Below are positions 22,114 to 31,579 of a stretch of DNA of 64,000 nucleotides, piece by piece (the first letter of the stretch is position 1; every line of letters begins with the position of its first letter). Origin of the DNA: Oceanipulchritudo sp. GTDB taxonomy: Bacteria > Verrucomicrobiota > Verrucomicrobiia > Opitutales > Oceanipulchritudinaceae. The notes beneath the pieces were generated by a model. The model saw only the letters and a program-made list of their open reading frames with translations. It was not told where the DNA came from and made no database searches. The DNA lies in NCBI GenBank assembly GCA_049975345.1, contig JBNGDP010000001.1, forward strand, positions 32,907-96,906, written 5' to 3'. The position numbers and the translations under genes were made by a program.

Positions 22114-24816
22114 ATGCGTCCGCTCTTCCATTTCCGGAAAATTGCATGGAAGGGGGGCAGTTTCTTCTGCCACTGCCTGAATCTCGTTCTCGCCGCCCTG
22201 GCAATCGGACAGGGCGGCATGCTGGTCCTGAATCTTGTGCAACGGGAAATTCCCCTGCCCGACCGCTTGGCTAATTGGGCCCTCAACGAACTGGGGCCCG
22301 GCGGATTCCGTGCCAGCTGGTCCAGTGTTGTCTTCGACCTGCGGGGAGGGCTGCTCCTGGATGACTTCGTCCTTCAGGATGGCGGGACCGATGAAATCAT
22401 TCTCACCGCCCGGCAAACCCGGATGCAATGGGATCCCTTCAACCTTCTCGTCGCCGGAATCCCCCCTTTTTCCGAGGTCGAGGCCCGCATGGTCCGGATC
22501 TACATGCCCGCCAGCATTTCCCCCAGCGGTCTCAACGAACCCGCCCTCTTCGTCCAGAATGCGGAACTGAAGGAGGAGGAGGGACGTCTCCTGCTCTCCT
22601 CCCTTTCCGTCCAGACGGGGGGCCTCGAGCTTTTCATCAGCGGGTCCGCTCCCCTCGACCTTTTGATCGGAACGAAGCCTGCCACGGATGGAGTCAACCG
22701 GATTACCCTCTTGCAGAAACTCAACCAGCTGCCGCCCGACCTCCATGCCAGCGCCCTCGTCGAATGGGAAATGTCACCGGCACGAGAACACCAGTTTGTC
22801 ATCGAGGGAATCATCCCGCAATATCACTTCAGCGGAGCCGCTTTCCATGAATTGACCGGCAATGCCCGCCTCCTGCTTTCCCCCGGCGCCGCCCGTTTGG
22901 TCAACCTGCAACTGGACGGACGGATCGGGTCCCTGCCGGACTTCCCCGCTCTCCCCGCGTCCGTCAAAACCTTCATTTCCCATCCCGTCCCTTTCCACCT
23001 CCGGGCCGACGGCCCCCTCCAAAACTGGGGCTCTTTCAGCTTGCCGACAAGCGTGCGCCTGAGCCTCTATCCGCGTTCCCCCGCCCTCCCCGTCGACCAG
23101 CTGCATCTCGCCACCAACCTCTGGAACCCCTCCAACCCCGTGTTCTGGATCGCTTCCAGCCCCCGCCTTTTCGCCGCCGGAACCGCCCGCTTTCTGCCCG
23201 ATGCCCCGGGACCCCTTCCCCTCTCCCTCGCCTTTCGCGCCTCCCTGCCCAACCCTTCCCTCGTCCATTTTTTCAAGGGACCCCCGGTCGATTTCCGGCT
23301 CGAGAACCTTCAGGCCCGCCTTCTCCGCATTGAGGCCGCTTTCGATCCCCTTTCCCGGACCCTCGCCGGTTCCCTCCTCTGCGATTCCCTTCTTGTCGCT
23401 CATACCCCTTTCGCCCACCTGCACTCCCCCTTTTCCCTCCAGCCCCACTCCCTTTCCTTCCACCCCATCCGCGCCACAAAGGCCCATGATGAGTTCGCCT
23501 CCGGTTCCTATTTCCATCACCTCCCCTCCTCCCGCTTCTCCCTCCATGCCATTGGGCAGGTCTTCCCCGCCTCCCTCGATTCCCTCCTCGGTCAATGGTG
23601 GCCCAGCATCTTCGCCGATATCCAAACCCCCGCCCCCATCCCGGCAGATGTCACCGTTTGGGGACTCTGGCGGGAGGAAAACTCCCTGCAAAGCATGACG
23701 CGGGCATGGGGGCGCGGGGCGCGTTACCGGGGCGTGGAGGTACCGGAGCTGGAGGTACGGGTCCGCAGCAATGGGGAGTGGGCCTTTGTGGAGAAGCTGG
23801 AAGCGCGTTTCGGGGAGGGGAGCATACGGGGGCAGGTTGCGCTGCGGTCCAATCTGGAGGACAGCGAACCGTACCGTGCGGTGATCATCGACATGACGAG
23901 TGACGGGCCCTGGGAGGCCGTGGTGGGGGCGAGCGGCCTGGACGGACTGGGGCAGCTGGCTTTTACGGGGCGACCTCGTGCAGGGGCGAAAGGGACGGTC
24001 TGGCAGGACGCGGGCAATGGATTTGACAAGGAGGCGGTGGCGGATCTGGCGTTCAACCTGACGCAGGGGGAGGGAACCTGCACGTGGCAAGGCCTGACGA
24101 TGGAGGGGCTTTCCGCCACGGGCCAGGCCGTGGGTTCCTCGCTGGAGGTGAAGCGTCTGAGCGGACGGTTTGCGGAAGGCGTCTTCACCGGGGGCATGCG
24201 GGTGGAGGACTGGGAAAGGGAAGGGATGCGGCGGAAGGAATTTCAATTCCAGCTCTTTGACGCGCAGTACGGCGAGGCCATGCGTCAATTGACGGGGCTT
24301 CTGGAGGATCCCGAAGCGGTGCGGGAATCGCTGTTGGGCGGAGCGGACAGGGGCCGTCTGGACACCTCGATCCGGATGGCCACGGGTGGGGCCGTGGGAA
24401 AGGCTGTGGGGGAAGGGTGGGTCTGGCTGCGGGATGCGCAGGTGGGGGAGATCCACCTGCTTGGAGGGCTTTCCCGTTTTCTTGACCGGATGGGGCTTGA
24501 TTTCAGCAGTCTGGACCTGAACGCGGCAACCCTGGAATGGAAGCTGGCGGAGGGCATCCTGAGCATAGAGAAGGGGTTGGTAACCGGTCCGGCGCTCGCG
24601 ATGGAACTTTCAGGATTCGCGGACCTTGCGAGCAAAAACCTGGCCCTTGGGGCGGAAGTCACGCTCTTCAGCGGATTCATGGGCAAACTGCTCTCCCCGG
24701 TGAGCGAAACCCTGAACTTCGACCTGACGGGACCGCTGGACCAGCCAAGCTGGCAGGTGCGCCTGAGGCCATTGCGCTGGTTCCAGAACCGCCTGAACAG
24801 GGTCCCCATGCCCTGA
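22114..24816 (+). CDS. AsmA-like family protein (AsmA_2-type C-terminal region)
   Basis: 900 aa, single N-terminal TM, beta-rich; C-terminus LEWKLAEGILSIEKGLVTGPALAMELSGFADL...FDLTGPLDQPSW is typical of AsmA-like ends. Confidence 0.65.
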   Translation: MRPLFHFRKIAWKGGSFFCHCLNLVLAALAIGQGGMLVLNLVQREIPLPDRLANWALNELGPGGFRASWSSVVFDLRGGLLLDDFVLQDGGTDEIILTARQTRMQWDPFNLLVAGIPPFSEVEARMVRIYMPASISPSGLNEPALFVQNAELKEEEGRLLLSSLSVQTGGLELFISGSAPLDLLIGTKPATDGVNRITLLQKLNQLPPDLHASALVEWEMSPAREHQFVIEGIIPQYHFSGAAFHELTGNARLLLSPGAARLVNLQLDGRIGSLPDFPALPASVKTFISHPVPFHLRADGPLQNWGSFSLPTSVRLSLYPRSPALPVDQLHLATNLWNPSNPVFWIASSPRLFAAGTARFLPDAPGPLPLSLAFRASLPNPSLVHFFKGPPVDFRLENLQARLLRIEAAFDPLSRTLAGSLLCDSLLVAHTPFAHLHSPFSLQPHSLSFHPIRATKAHDEFASGSYFHHLPSSRFSLHAIGQVFPASLDSLLGQWWPSIFADIQTPAPIPADVTVWGLWREENSLQSMTRAWGRGARYRGVEVPELEVRVRSNGEWAFVEKLEARFGEGSIRGQVALRSNLEDSEPYRAVIIDMTSDGPWEAVVGASGLDGLGQLAFTGRPRAGAKGTVWQDAGNGFDKEAVADLAFNLTQGEGTCTWQGLTMEGLSATGQAVGSSLEVKRLSGRFAEGVFTGGMRVEDWEREGMRRKEFQFQLFDAQYGEAMRQLTGLLEDPEAVRESLLGGADRGRLDTSIRMATGGAVGKAVGEGWVWLRDAQVGEIHLLGGLSRFLDRMGLDFSSLDLNAATLEWKLAEGILSIEKGLVTGPALAMELSGFADLASKNLALGAEVTLFSGFMGKLLSPVSETLNFDLTGPLDQPSWQVRLRPLRWFQNRLNRVPMP

Positions 24817-25100
24817 GAAAAGGCGGGCCTTCAGTGGAAGCGGATTTCAATTGCCCTCGGCGGACAAAAGTTATCAGACTGCCCGCCACAATGGAATCAA
24901 CAGAGGAGGAGAGCCTTGGAAATCAAAGAGATTAAAGCGATTGTCGACCTCATGAAGCGGTCGGGACTGACGGAGTTCCAGCTGGAAGAGAAGGATTTCA
25001 AGCTGAAGATCTGCCGGAAGAGCGATGAAGTGCAGACCATTTACCAGGCGGCGACGCCGGCGCCGTTTCCGGTGACACCGCCGCCGGTCCCCACGGCGTC
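22900..25100. other. Strand-composition flip no. 2 (C-rich to G-rich on + strand), centre about 23645-23690
   Basis: Hand counts: 23401-23460 34 C/3 G; 23701-23760 13 C/33 G. Arm limits are approximate. Confidence 0.9.
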
Positions 25101-25383
25101 CGCCCGGAACACCCCTTCGCCGATGGAGGAAAATGCCGTGGAAGACAACGGCACCTACATCCGTTCCCCCATGGTGGGAACCTTCTACACCGCCCCCTCC
25201 CCGGAAAGTCCGCCCTTTGTCACCGCCGGCGACCCGGTAACCGAGGAAACGGTCGTGTGCATTGTTGAAGCAATGAAGGTGATGAACGAAATCAAGGCGG
25301 AAATGAAGGGGAAGATTGCCGAGGTTCTGGTGGAAAACGGGGACAGTGTCGAGTACGGGCAGCCCCTTTTCCGCATCCAGTGA
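24916..25383 (+). CDS. accB: Acetyl-CoA carboxylase biotin carboxyl carrier protein
   Basis: TTG start; [10 protein letters not shown]; biotinylation motif EAMKVMNE. Confidence 0.96.
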   Translation: MEIKEIKAIVDLMKRSGLTEFQLEEKDFKLKICRKSDEVQTIYQAATPAPFPVTPPPVPTASARNTPSPMEENAVEDNGTYIRSPMVGTFYTAPSPESPPFVTAGDPVTEETVVCIVEAMKVMNEIKAEMKGKIAEVLVENGDSVEYGQPLFRIQ

Positions 25384-25408
25384 CGCTCCGGGGTTCACAG
25401 GCGCTGAC

Positions 25409-26788
25409 ATGATGAAAAAAATCCTCATTGCCAACCGGGGGGAAATCGCCCTTCGCATCATCCGGGCCTGCCGGGAGCTCGGGATCCAGACGGTGGCCGT
25501 TTATTCGGAAGCGGACGAGCAGTCCCTGCACGTGCAACTGGCCGACGGGGCCATCTGCATCGGTCCCCCGGCCAGCACGGAATCGTACCTTCGCGCGGAG
25601 CGCATCATTGCCGCCGCGGAAATCGCGGACGTGGACGCCATTCATCCGGGGTATGGGTTTTTATCGGAGGATCCGGACTTCGCGGAGCAGTGCGAGGAGT
25701 GCAAGATCAAGTTCATCGGGCCCCGCTCCTCCTCCATCCGCATGATGGGGGACAAAGCCACCGCCCGGGCGACGGTCAAGGAGGCGGGGGTGCCGACGGT
25801 TCCCGGCAGCGAAGGTGTGGTGCGGGATGCGGAAGAGGCCCTCCACATCGCCGAAAAGATCGGCTTCCCGGTCATCATCAAGGCCGTCGCCGGCGGCGGC
25901 GGACGCGGCATGCGTCTCGCGCACAATGCCATGGCCTTCAAACGGGAGTTTTCCGCGGCCGGCAACGAGGCGGAAAAAGCCTTCGGCAACGGGGACGTCT
26001 ATATAGAGAAGTTCATCGAGGAGCCCCGCCACATCGAATTCCAGATCCTTGCCGACGAGCACGGCAATGTCGTGCATCTCGGGGAACGCGACTGTTCCAT
26101 CCAGCGGCGTCACCAGAAAGTGGTGGAGGAGTCCCCTTCCCCCTTCATGACCCCCGAGCTGCGCGAAGCGATGGGGGAGGCGGCCGTCAAGGCGGCCCGC
26201 GCCTGTGGCTACGCGAACGCCGGGACCATTGAATTCCTGGTGGATAAGAACCGGAATTTCTATTTCATTGAAATGAACACCCGCATCCAGGTCGAGCACC
26301 CGGTTACCGAGGAAGTGACGGGCATCGACCTCATCAAGGAACAGTTCCGCATCGCCGGCGGCGAGGAATTGAGGTTGGCGCAGGAGGACGTGCAGCTGAA
26401 CGGGCACGCCATCGAAGTGCGGATCTGCGCGGAGAACCCCTCCATGAACTTCGCTCCCAGTCCGGGTGAAATCAGTCTCTACTTCCCCCCGGGCGGGCAC
26501 GGCGTCCGCGTGGACAGCCACATCTACGGCGGGTACACCGTTCCCAAGTATTATGACAGCATGATTGCCAAGGTGATCACCGTGGGCCGCGACCGCGACC
26601 TTGCCCTCGCTCGCATGAACCGGGCCCTGAGCGAATACCTCATCCGCGGTATTTTCACAAACATCGGGTTTTCCCGTTCGATTATCAACGATCCGGAATT
26701 CGTCCGGGGGAATTTCACAACCCGCTTTATCGAGGAATTCATGCAGCGAACACCGAAAACGCTTTTCGAAAGCAAAATTCATCCCTAA
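25409..26788 (+). CDS. accC: Biotin carboxylase
   Basis: [59 protein letters not shown]. Confidence 0.97.
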   Translation: MMKKILIANRGEIALRIIRACRELGIQTVAVYSEADEQSLHVQLADGAICIGPPASTESYLRAERIIAAAEIADVDAIHPGYGFLSEDPDFAEQCEECKIKFIGPRSSSIRMMGDKATARATVKEAGVPTVPGSEGVVRDAEEALHIAEKIGFPVIIKAVAGGGGRGMRLAHNAMAFKREFSAAGNEAEKAFGNGDVYIEKFIEEPRHIEFQILADEHGNVVHLGERDCSIQRRHQKVVEESPSPFMTPELREAMGEAAVKAARACGYANAGTIEFLVDKNRNFYFIEMNTRIQVEHPVTEEVTGIDLIKEQFRIAGGEELRLAQEDVQLNGHAIEVRICAENPSMNFAPSPGEISLYFPPGGHGVRVDSHIYGGYTVPKYYDSMIAKVITVGRDRDLALARMNRALSEYLIRGIFTNIGFSRSIINDPEFVRGNFTTRFIEEFMQRTPKTLFESKIHP

Positions 26789-26791
26789 ACT
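26764..26791 (+). promoter_or_regulatory. Possible internal sigma70 promoter for the Asp23 genes
   Basis: TTTCGA-N16-TAAACT overlapping the accC 3' end. Confidence 0.35.
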
Positions 26792-26823
26792 GGTTTCCAG
26801 GAACAAAAGAACCGCCGAGACCC

Positions 26824-27255
26824 ATGGAAGACGAAAACAGAACCGAACACTTTGAGGGCCTTGAACCGATCCAGGAGGATTCCGGACTGGGCAGCATCAG
26901 CATCAACAACGAGGTGGTGGCCAACATTGTCGCCATGGCGGCCCGGGAAGTCCCCGGTGTGGTCTCCCTCGCCAGCGGCAGCATCAAGGATGACATCGCC
27001 GGTCTCTTTGGCAGCCGCCGGGAAAGCGGGTCTTCCGTGGCCATTCGGGAGGAGGCGGACGGCTCCTACCACATCAGTGTGAAATTGATCCTCAGCTTCG
27101 GCGTGCAACTGGCCAAGGTCGCCCAAAGCGTCCAGGTCGCCGTGCGTGACCGGGTTGAAAACATGACCAACAAGGAAGTTTCCAAGGTGAACATCATTGT
27201 GGACGGCGTTCGCCAGGAAGAAACCGAACCAGGCCGGGAGACCTCGGAAGTGTGA
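26824..27255 (+). CDS. Asp23/Gls24 family protein (YqhY-like)
   Basis: LGSISINNEVVANIVAMAAREVPGV...VQVAVRDRVENMT...VNIIVDGV. Confidence 0.9.
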   Translation: MEDENRTEHFEGLEPIQEDSGLGSISINNEVVANIVAMAAREVPGVVSLASGSIKDDIAGLFGSRRESGSSVAIREEADGSYHISVKLILSFGVQLAKVAQSVQVAVRDRVENMTNKEVSKVNIIVDGVRQEETEPGRETSEV

Positions 27256-27284
27256 ACAATCCCGGCTGAAACCCTACCAGAAAA

Positions 27285-27827
27285 ATGTCATTCGACACCC
27301 TCAACCAGGCTCTGAAGCACCTGCTGGAACCGCCGTACCTCTATTTTGCCGCGGTGGCGGTCGTGCTGCTGGTGGCGCTCTACATCGCCTACACCTGCCG
27401 CAGGGCCAACCAGGGCATTGTGCCCTTCAAGACCCAGGGAGGGAGCATTGAAATCGCCCCCCACACCCTGCGCGGGGTGATCCAGCAGGCCGCCAACAGC
27501 ATTGAAGGGGTGGAAAGGGCGTCCTGTCGCCATTTCATGAAGGGGCGCAATCTCGGGGTGAAGGTCGCCATTCACCTGCGTGCCAACAGCCGCCTCAAGG
27601 ATGTCGAGGCACGCATCAAACGGTGCATCCAGGCGACCCTGTACGAGCAGTTCGGCATGGAAAATGTCGACCCGATCCATATCCGGGTCACCCGCATGAT
27701 CGGGGATCCCGTGGCTGTCACCTCGATGAGGAAACGGGAAGAGGATGCCGAAATCCAATCCATGACGGGCCTGGAAGACGATGATTCCGGGGATGAGCGG
27801 CCCTACGCCGACGAGACCCGGATTTGA
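27285..27827 (+). CDS. Membrane-anchored Asp23-fold protein (AmaP-like)
   Basis: One N-terminal TM, then GGSIEIAPHTLRGVIQQAANSIEGV...IQATLYEQFG...IHIRV, resembling the Asp23 fold. Confidence 0.55.
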   Translation: MSFDTLNQALKHLLEPPYLYFAAVAVVLLVALYIAYTCRRANQGIVPFKTQGGSIEIAPHTLRGVIQQAANSIEGVERASCRHFMKGRNLGVKVAIHLRANSRLKDVEARIKRCIQATLYEQFGMENVDPIHIRVTRMIGDPVAVTSMRKREEDAEIQSMTGLEDDDSGDERPYADETRI

Positions 27828-27856
27828 CCAGGTTTCCCTTCGCCCCGGTGCGGAAG

Positions 27857-28507
27857 ATGAGTCAACAACCTGTACGGACGGGCTTTTACGGCATACTCGA
27901 CACGGGATACGTGGACGACAACGAGTGGGAATACAAGGCCGAGGGGCTTCTGGCGGGAGGCGCCTGTCTGCTGCAGATCCGGGCCAAGGGGCACCCCCTG
28001 GACCGGATCTGCGAGTTGACGGAACGCATCCTGCCGGCCGTCGCGAAGCATGCCGTCCCGCTCATCATCAACGACCACCTGCAGGTGGCCCTGGAATTCC
28101 CGGGGACCGGGCTTCACCTCGGGCAGGAGGACGGGGATATCCGTGCGGCCCGCGAGAAACTGGGTCCCGGACGTGTTCTCGGACTTTCCACCCATTCCCT
28201 CGAACAGGCCCGGATGGCCATCGAGGCCGCGGATATCCTTTCCTATTTCGCGGTGGGACCGGTCTTCCCCACCGGAACCAAGCCGGCCTACACGCCGGTG
28301 GGAACCGACCTGGTGCGCCGGGTCGCCGACCTCGCCCCGCCCCTCCCCTTTTTCTGCATCGGGGGAATCAACCGGCTGAATGTCGATGAGGTGATTGCCG
28401 CCGGGGCACGCGGGATCGTGGCCGTTTCCGACCCGCTCCAGGACAGCGACACCGAATCGGCCACCCGATTCTACGTTGAGCGCCTGGCCACCCCGGGGGA
28501 CGCTTGA
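27857..28507 (+). CDS. thiE: Thiamine-phosphate synthase
   Basis: LQIRAK, LIINDH, HLGQED, GLSTHS, VGPVFPTGTK, IGGIN. Confidence 0.93.
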   Translation: MSQQPVRTGFYGILDTGYVDDNEWEYKAEGLLAGGACLLQIRAKGHPLDRICELTERILPAVAKHAVPLIINDHLQVALEFPGTGLHLGQEDGDIRAAREKLGPGRVLGLSTHSLEQARMAIEAADILSYFAVGPVFPTGTKPAYTPVGTDLVRRVADLAPPLPFFCIGGINRLNVDEVIAAGARGIVAVSDPLQDSDTESATRFYVERLATPGDA

Positions 28508-28554
28508 CAAGCGGGCATGGCCGGCGTTCTGTTGTCCGTCCCATTCTGGTACCC

Positions 28555-29037
28555 ATGGAAGGTGGTAAAAAGGTCATCACAGTCGTCTGCACCGGCAATG
28601 TCTGCCGCAGCCCGATGGCGGAATTTCTTCTCCGCCACGCCCTCCGCAACGAGCCCGAGCCCCTCTCTTCCTGCAAGGTGATCTCCGCGGGGGTTTCGGC
28701 CTTTCCCGGGGATCCACCCTCCCGGAACGCGGTCGAGGCCATGCGGAAAGTGAAGATCGACCTGCAGGACCACCGCAGCCGGCCGCTGACCGACCAGCTT
28801 CTGGATATATCGGACCTCATCCTCACCATGACCAGCAGCCACCAGGAGATCATCCGCCTCCAGAATCCGGATCTGCGAACCCCCGTTTACCGCTTCCGGG
28901 AATGGATGGATTCCGGAACCAGGGAAGTACCGGACCCCTTCGGCGGTTCGCTGGATGTTTACCTGGAAACCCGCGACAGCCTGGCCGAGGCCATTCCCTC
29001 GGTCCTCCACTTCCTTAGAACACAGTTCACGAAATGA
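28555..29037 (+). CDS. Low-molecular-weight protein phosphatase (YwlE/Wzb family)
   Basis: P-loop VCTGNVCRSPMAE; general acid motif EVPDPFGG. Confidence 0.9.
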   Translation: MEGGKKVITVVCTGNVCRSPMAEFLLRHALRNEPEPLSSCKVISAGVSAFPGDPPSRNAVEAMRKVKIDLQDHRSRPLTDQLLDISDLILTMTSSHQEIIRLQNPDLRTPVYRFREWMDSGTREVPDPFGGSLDVYLETRDSLAEAIPSVLHFLRTQFTK

Positions 29038-29492
29038 AAGTTAGCATTGGATTTGATCATGGCGCCATCGGCCTGCGGGAGGCGGTGCTGCGAAGCTTGG
29101 AGGAGGCCGGCCACGAAGTGACCGACCACGGGACCGATTCCAGCGAATCGGTCGACTACCCGGACTACGCGCGCGATGTCACCGCCGACATTGTCGAGGG
29201 CCGCGCGGAGGCCGGCATCCTCTGCTGCACGACCGGAATCGGGATGTCCATGGCCGCAAACAAGGTGAAGGGCATCCGCGCCGCCCTGGTCCGCTACGAG
29301 GACGAGGCCGCGCTCACCCGCCAGCACAACGACGCCAACGTCCTCTGCATGGGGGCCCTGCACACCACGCCCCACGAGGCGGCCCGCCTCGTCAAGGCGT
29401 TCCTTGAAAACACCTTCACCGGGGCCGATCATCCGCGCCATTCCCGCCGGGTCGGAAAATTCATGGAATGGGAAAATACCTCCTGCCTGTGA
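29034..29492 (+). CDS. rpiB: Ribose-5-phosphate isomerase B
   Basis: GFDHGA, SVDYPDYA, CTTGIGMSMAANKVKGIRAA, RQHNDANVL, RHSRRV. Confidence 0.95.
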   Translation: MKVSIGFDHGAIGLREAVLRSLEEAGHEVTDHGTDSSESVDYPDYARDVTADIVEGRAEAGILCCTTGIGMSMAANKVKGIRAALVRYEDEAALTRQHNDANVLCMGALHTTPHEAARLVKAFLENTFTGADHPRHSRRVGKFMEWENTSCL

Positions 29493-29499
29493 TCGCCAC

Positions 29500-29527
29500 T
29501 TGACCCCTCCCGCACTCTGGCCAACTT
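29500..29527 (+). promoter_or_regulatory. Putative sigma70 promoter giving a near-leaderless glyA mRNA
   Basis: TTGACC-N16-CAACTT ending 7 nt before ATG 29535. Confidence 0.5.
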
Positions 29528-29534
29528 GACTGAC

Positions 29535-30812
29535 ATGAGCACCACCGATAGCGCACCCGCCCAGCTGAATTCCGCCCCGGCAAGGGAACTGGACCCCGAG
29601 CTCTACGCCGCCGTCGAAGGGGAACGCGAACGACAGCAAAGCCACATCGAGCTGATCGCTTCCGAGAATTTCACCCTTCCGGCCGTCATGGAGCTGACCG
29701 GCAGCGTCCTCACCAACAAATACGCCGAGGGCTATCCGGGCAAGCGCTACTACGGCGGCTGCCAGTGTGTCGACGTGGCCGAACAACTGGCCATCGACCG
29801 CGCCAAGGAACTGTTCGGGGCCGAATACGCCAACGTCCAGCCGCACGCCGGCAGCCAGGCCAACTTCGGCGTTTACACCGCCATCCTCGAACCGGGGGAC
29901 AAGATCCTCACCATGAACCTCTCCGACGGCGGCCACCTCACCCACGGCAGTCCGGTCAACTTCTCCGGCAAGTTGTATTCCGTGGTCCACTACGGGGTGG
30001 ATCCCGAAACCGGCCGGATCGACTACGATGCCCTCGCCGAACAGGCCGGGAGGGAAAAACCGAAAATGATCACCGTCGGCGCCTCCGCCTATCCGAGGAT
30101 CATCGATTTCGAGCGGATGGCCGCCATCGCCCATGAGGTCGGCGCGACCATTCTCGCGGACATCGCCCATATCGCCGGCCTTGTCGCAGCCGGGGAGCAT
30201 CCGAGCCCGGTGCCGTTCTGTGATTTCGTCACCACGACGACGCACAAGACCCTGCGCGGGCCCCGCGGCGGGCTCATCCTGGCCAGGGAGAAATATGCCA
30301 AACAGCTCAATTCCGCCATATTCCCGGGCGGGCAGGGCGGTCCGCTGATGCATGTGATCGCCGCCAAGGCGCTCTGCTTCAGGGAGGCGATGAAGCCCGA
30401 ATTCAAAACCTACCAGCAACAGGTGCGCCGGAACGCCGCCGCGATGGCCGAAACCTTCAACAGCCTCGGATACAAGCTGACCAGCGGGGGCACCGACAAC
30501 CACCTGATGCTCATCGACCTCCGCAAGAGCCATCCGGACCTCACCGGCAAGGCGGCACAGGTCGCCCTCGACAAGGCCCATATCACGACCAACCGCAACA
30601 CCGTGCCCGGCGAGACGCGCAGCCCCTTCCAGACCAGCGGGCTGCGTATCGGCACCCCCGCCTGCACCAGCCGCGGCATGGTGGAGGAGGATTTCCGCCG
30701 GATCGCCAAGGCGATCGACCGCGTCCTCGGCAATATCGAGGATCCGGCGGCCATCGGAGAGGCACGCGAAGTCGCCCTGGAGCTTTGCCGGGCGCACCCC
30801 TTGCCCTATTGA
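29535..30812 (+). CDS. glyA: Serine hydroxymethyltransferase
   Basis: [31 protein letters not shown]-like [28 protein letters not shown]. Confidence 0.97.
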   Translation: MSTTDSAPAQLNSAPARELDPELYAAVEGERERQQSHIELIASENFTLPAVMELTGSVLTNKYAEGYPGKRYYGGCQCVDVAEQLAIDRAKELFGAEYANVQPHAGSQANFGVYTAILEPGDKILTMNLSDGGHLTHGSPVNFSGKLYSVVHYGVDPETGRIDYDALAEQAGREKPKMITVGASAYPRIIDFERMAAIAHEVGATILADIAHIAGLVAAGEHPSPVPFCDFVTTTTHKTLRGPRGGLILAREKYAKQLNSAIFPGGQGGPLMHVIAAKALCFREAMKPEFKTYQQQVRRNAAAMAETFNSLGYKLTSGGTDNHLMLIDLRKSHPDLTGKAAQVALDKAHITTNRNTVPGETRSPFQTSGLRIGTPACTSRGMVEEDFRRIAKAIDRVLGNIEDPAAIGEAREVALELCRAHPLPY

Positions 30813-31516
30813 TCTTGGAAAGGCTGGACCCATGCACCGAGGAAGCGCTCATCGCGCACCTGCTGCAGTTTGTGACGCCGGAAAAGCGGGCCCGGATGGC
30901 CGGGGTTATCGGGAAACGGACCTGTTTCCTGCGGGTCGTCCTGGAGGATGTCTTCCAGCCCCACAATGCCAGCGCGGTCATGCGCTCCTGTGAATGCTTT
31001 GGCATCCAGCATCTGCATGTCATCGAGAACCGGTATGCCTACACCCTGAACCGCGAGGTTGCCATGGGATCCTCCAACTGGATCCACCTGCACCGGCACA
31101 ACCGCAAGGACGCCGACAATACCGCCGACTGCCTCCGCGAATTAAGGAAAGAAGGATACCGCATTGTCGCCACAAGCCTGGATTCCTCCTCGATTCCCAT
31201 CCGGGACCTGAAGCTGGACAGCCCGCTCGCCCTCTGGTTCGGCACCGAAGAGGAGGGATTGAGCGAAACCGTCCTGCGGGAGGCTGACGCCCATGTCCAC
31301 ATCCCCATGTTCGGCTTCACCCAGAGTTTCAACATCTCCGTCAGCGCCGCCATCTGCCTGCATGAGCTCCGGCACCGCCTGGAATCAACCGGCTCGGATC
31401 CCGGACTGACCCCCGCGGAGATCCGCGCCGTCTACCGCCTCTGGCTGCGAAAATCGCTAAAAAATGGTGAAATCCTCGAGAGAACCTTTCTCCAGTCCCG
31501 CCAGCAGGATGTTTGA
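30809..31516 (+). CDS. TrmH/SpoU family RNA methyltransferase
   Basis: [47 protein letters not shown]; probable TTG start overlapping the glyA stop. Confidence 0.88.
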   Translation: MILERLDPCTEEALIAHLLQFVTPEKRARMAGVIGKRTCFLRVVLEDVFQPHNASAVMRSCECFGIQHLHVIENRYAYTLNREVAMGSSNWIHLHRHNRKDADNTADCLRELRKEGYRIVATSLDSSSIPIRDLKLDSPLALWFGTEEEGLSETVLREADAHVHIPMFGFTQSFNISVSAAICLHELRHRLESTGSDPGLTPAEIRAVYRLWLRKSLKNGEILERTFLQSRQQDV

Positions 31517-31579
31517 CAAGCCAAAGCGCTGTTTTGTCTTGCTGATTGGGCCAGAGTTTCCAGCATGACCTGAACCGGC

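Noticed and set aside
23702-23732. G-quadruplex-like run GGG-cat-GGGGG-cgc-GGGG-N9-GGGG beside flip no. 2
   Set aside because: One loop is long, and such runs are expected from the local G enrichment.
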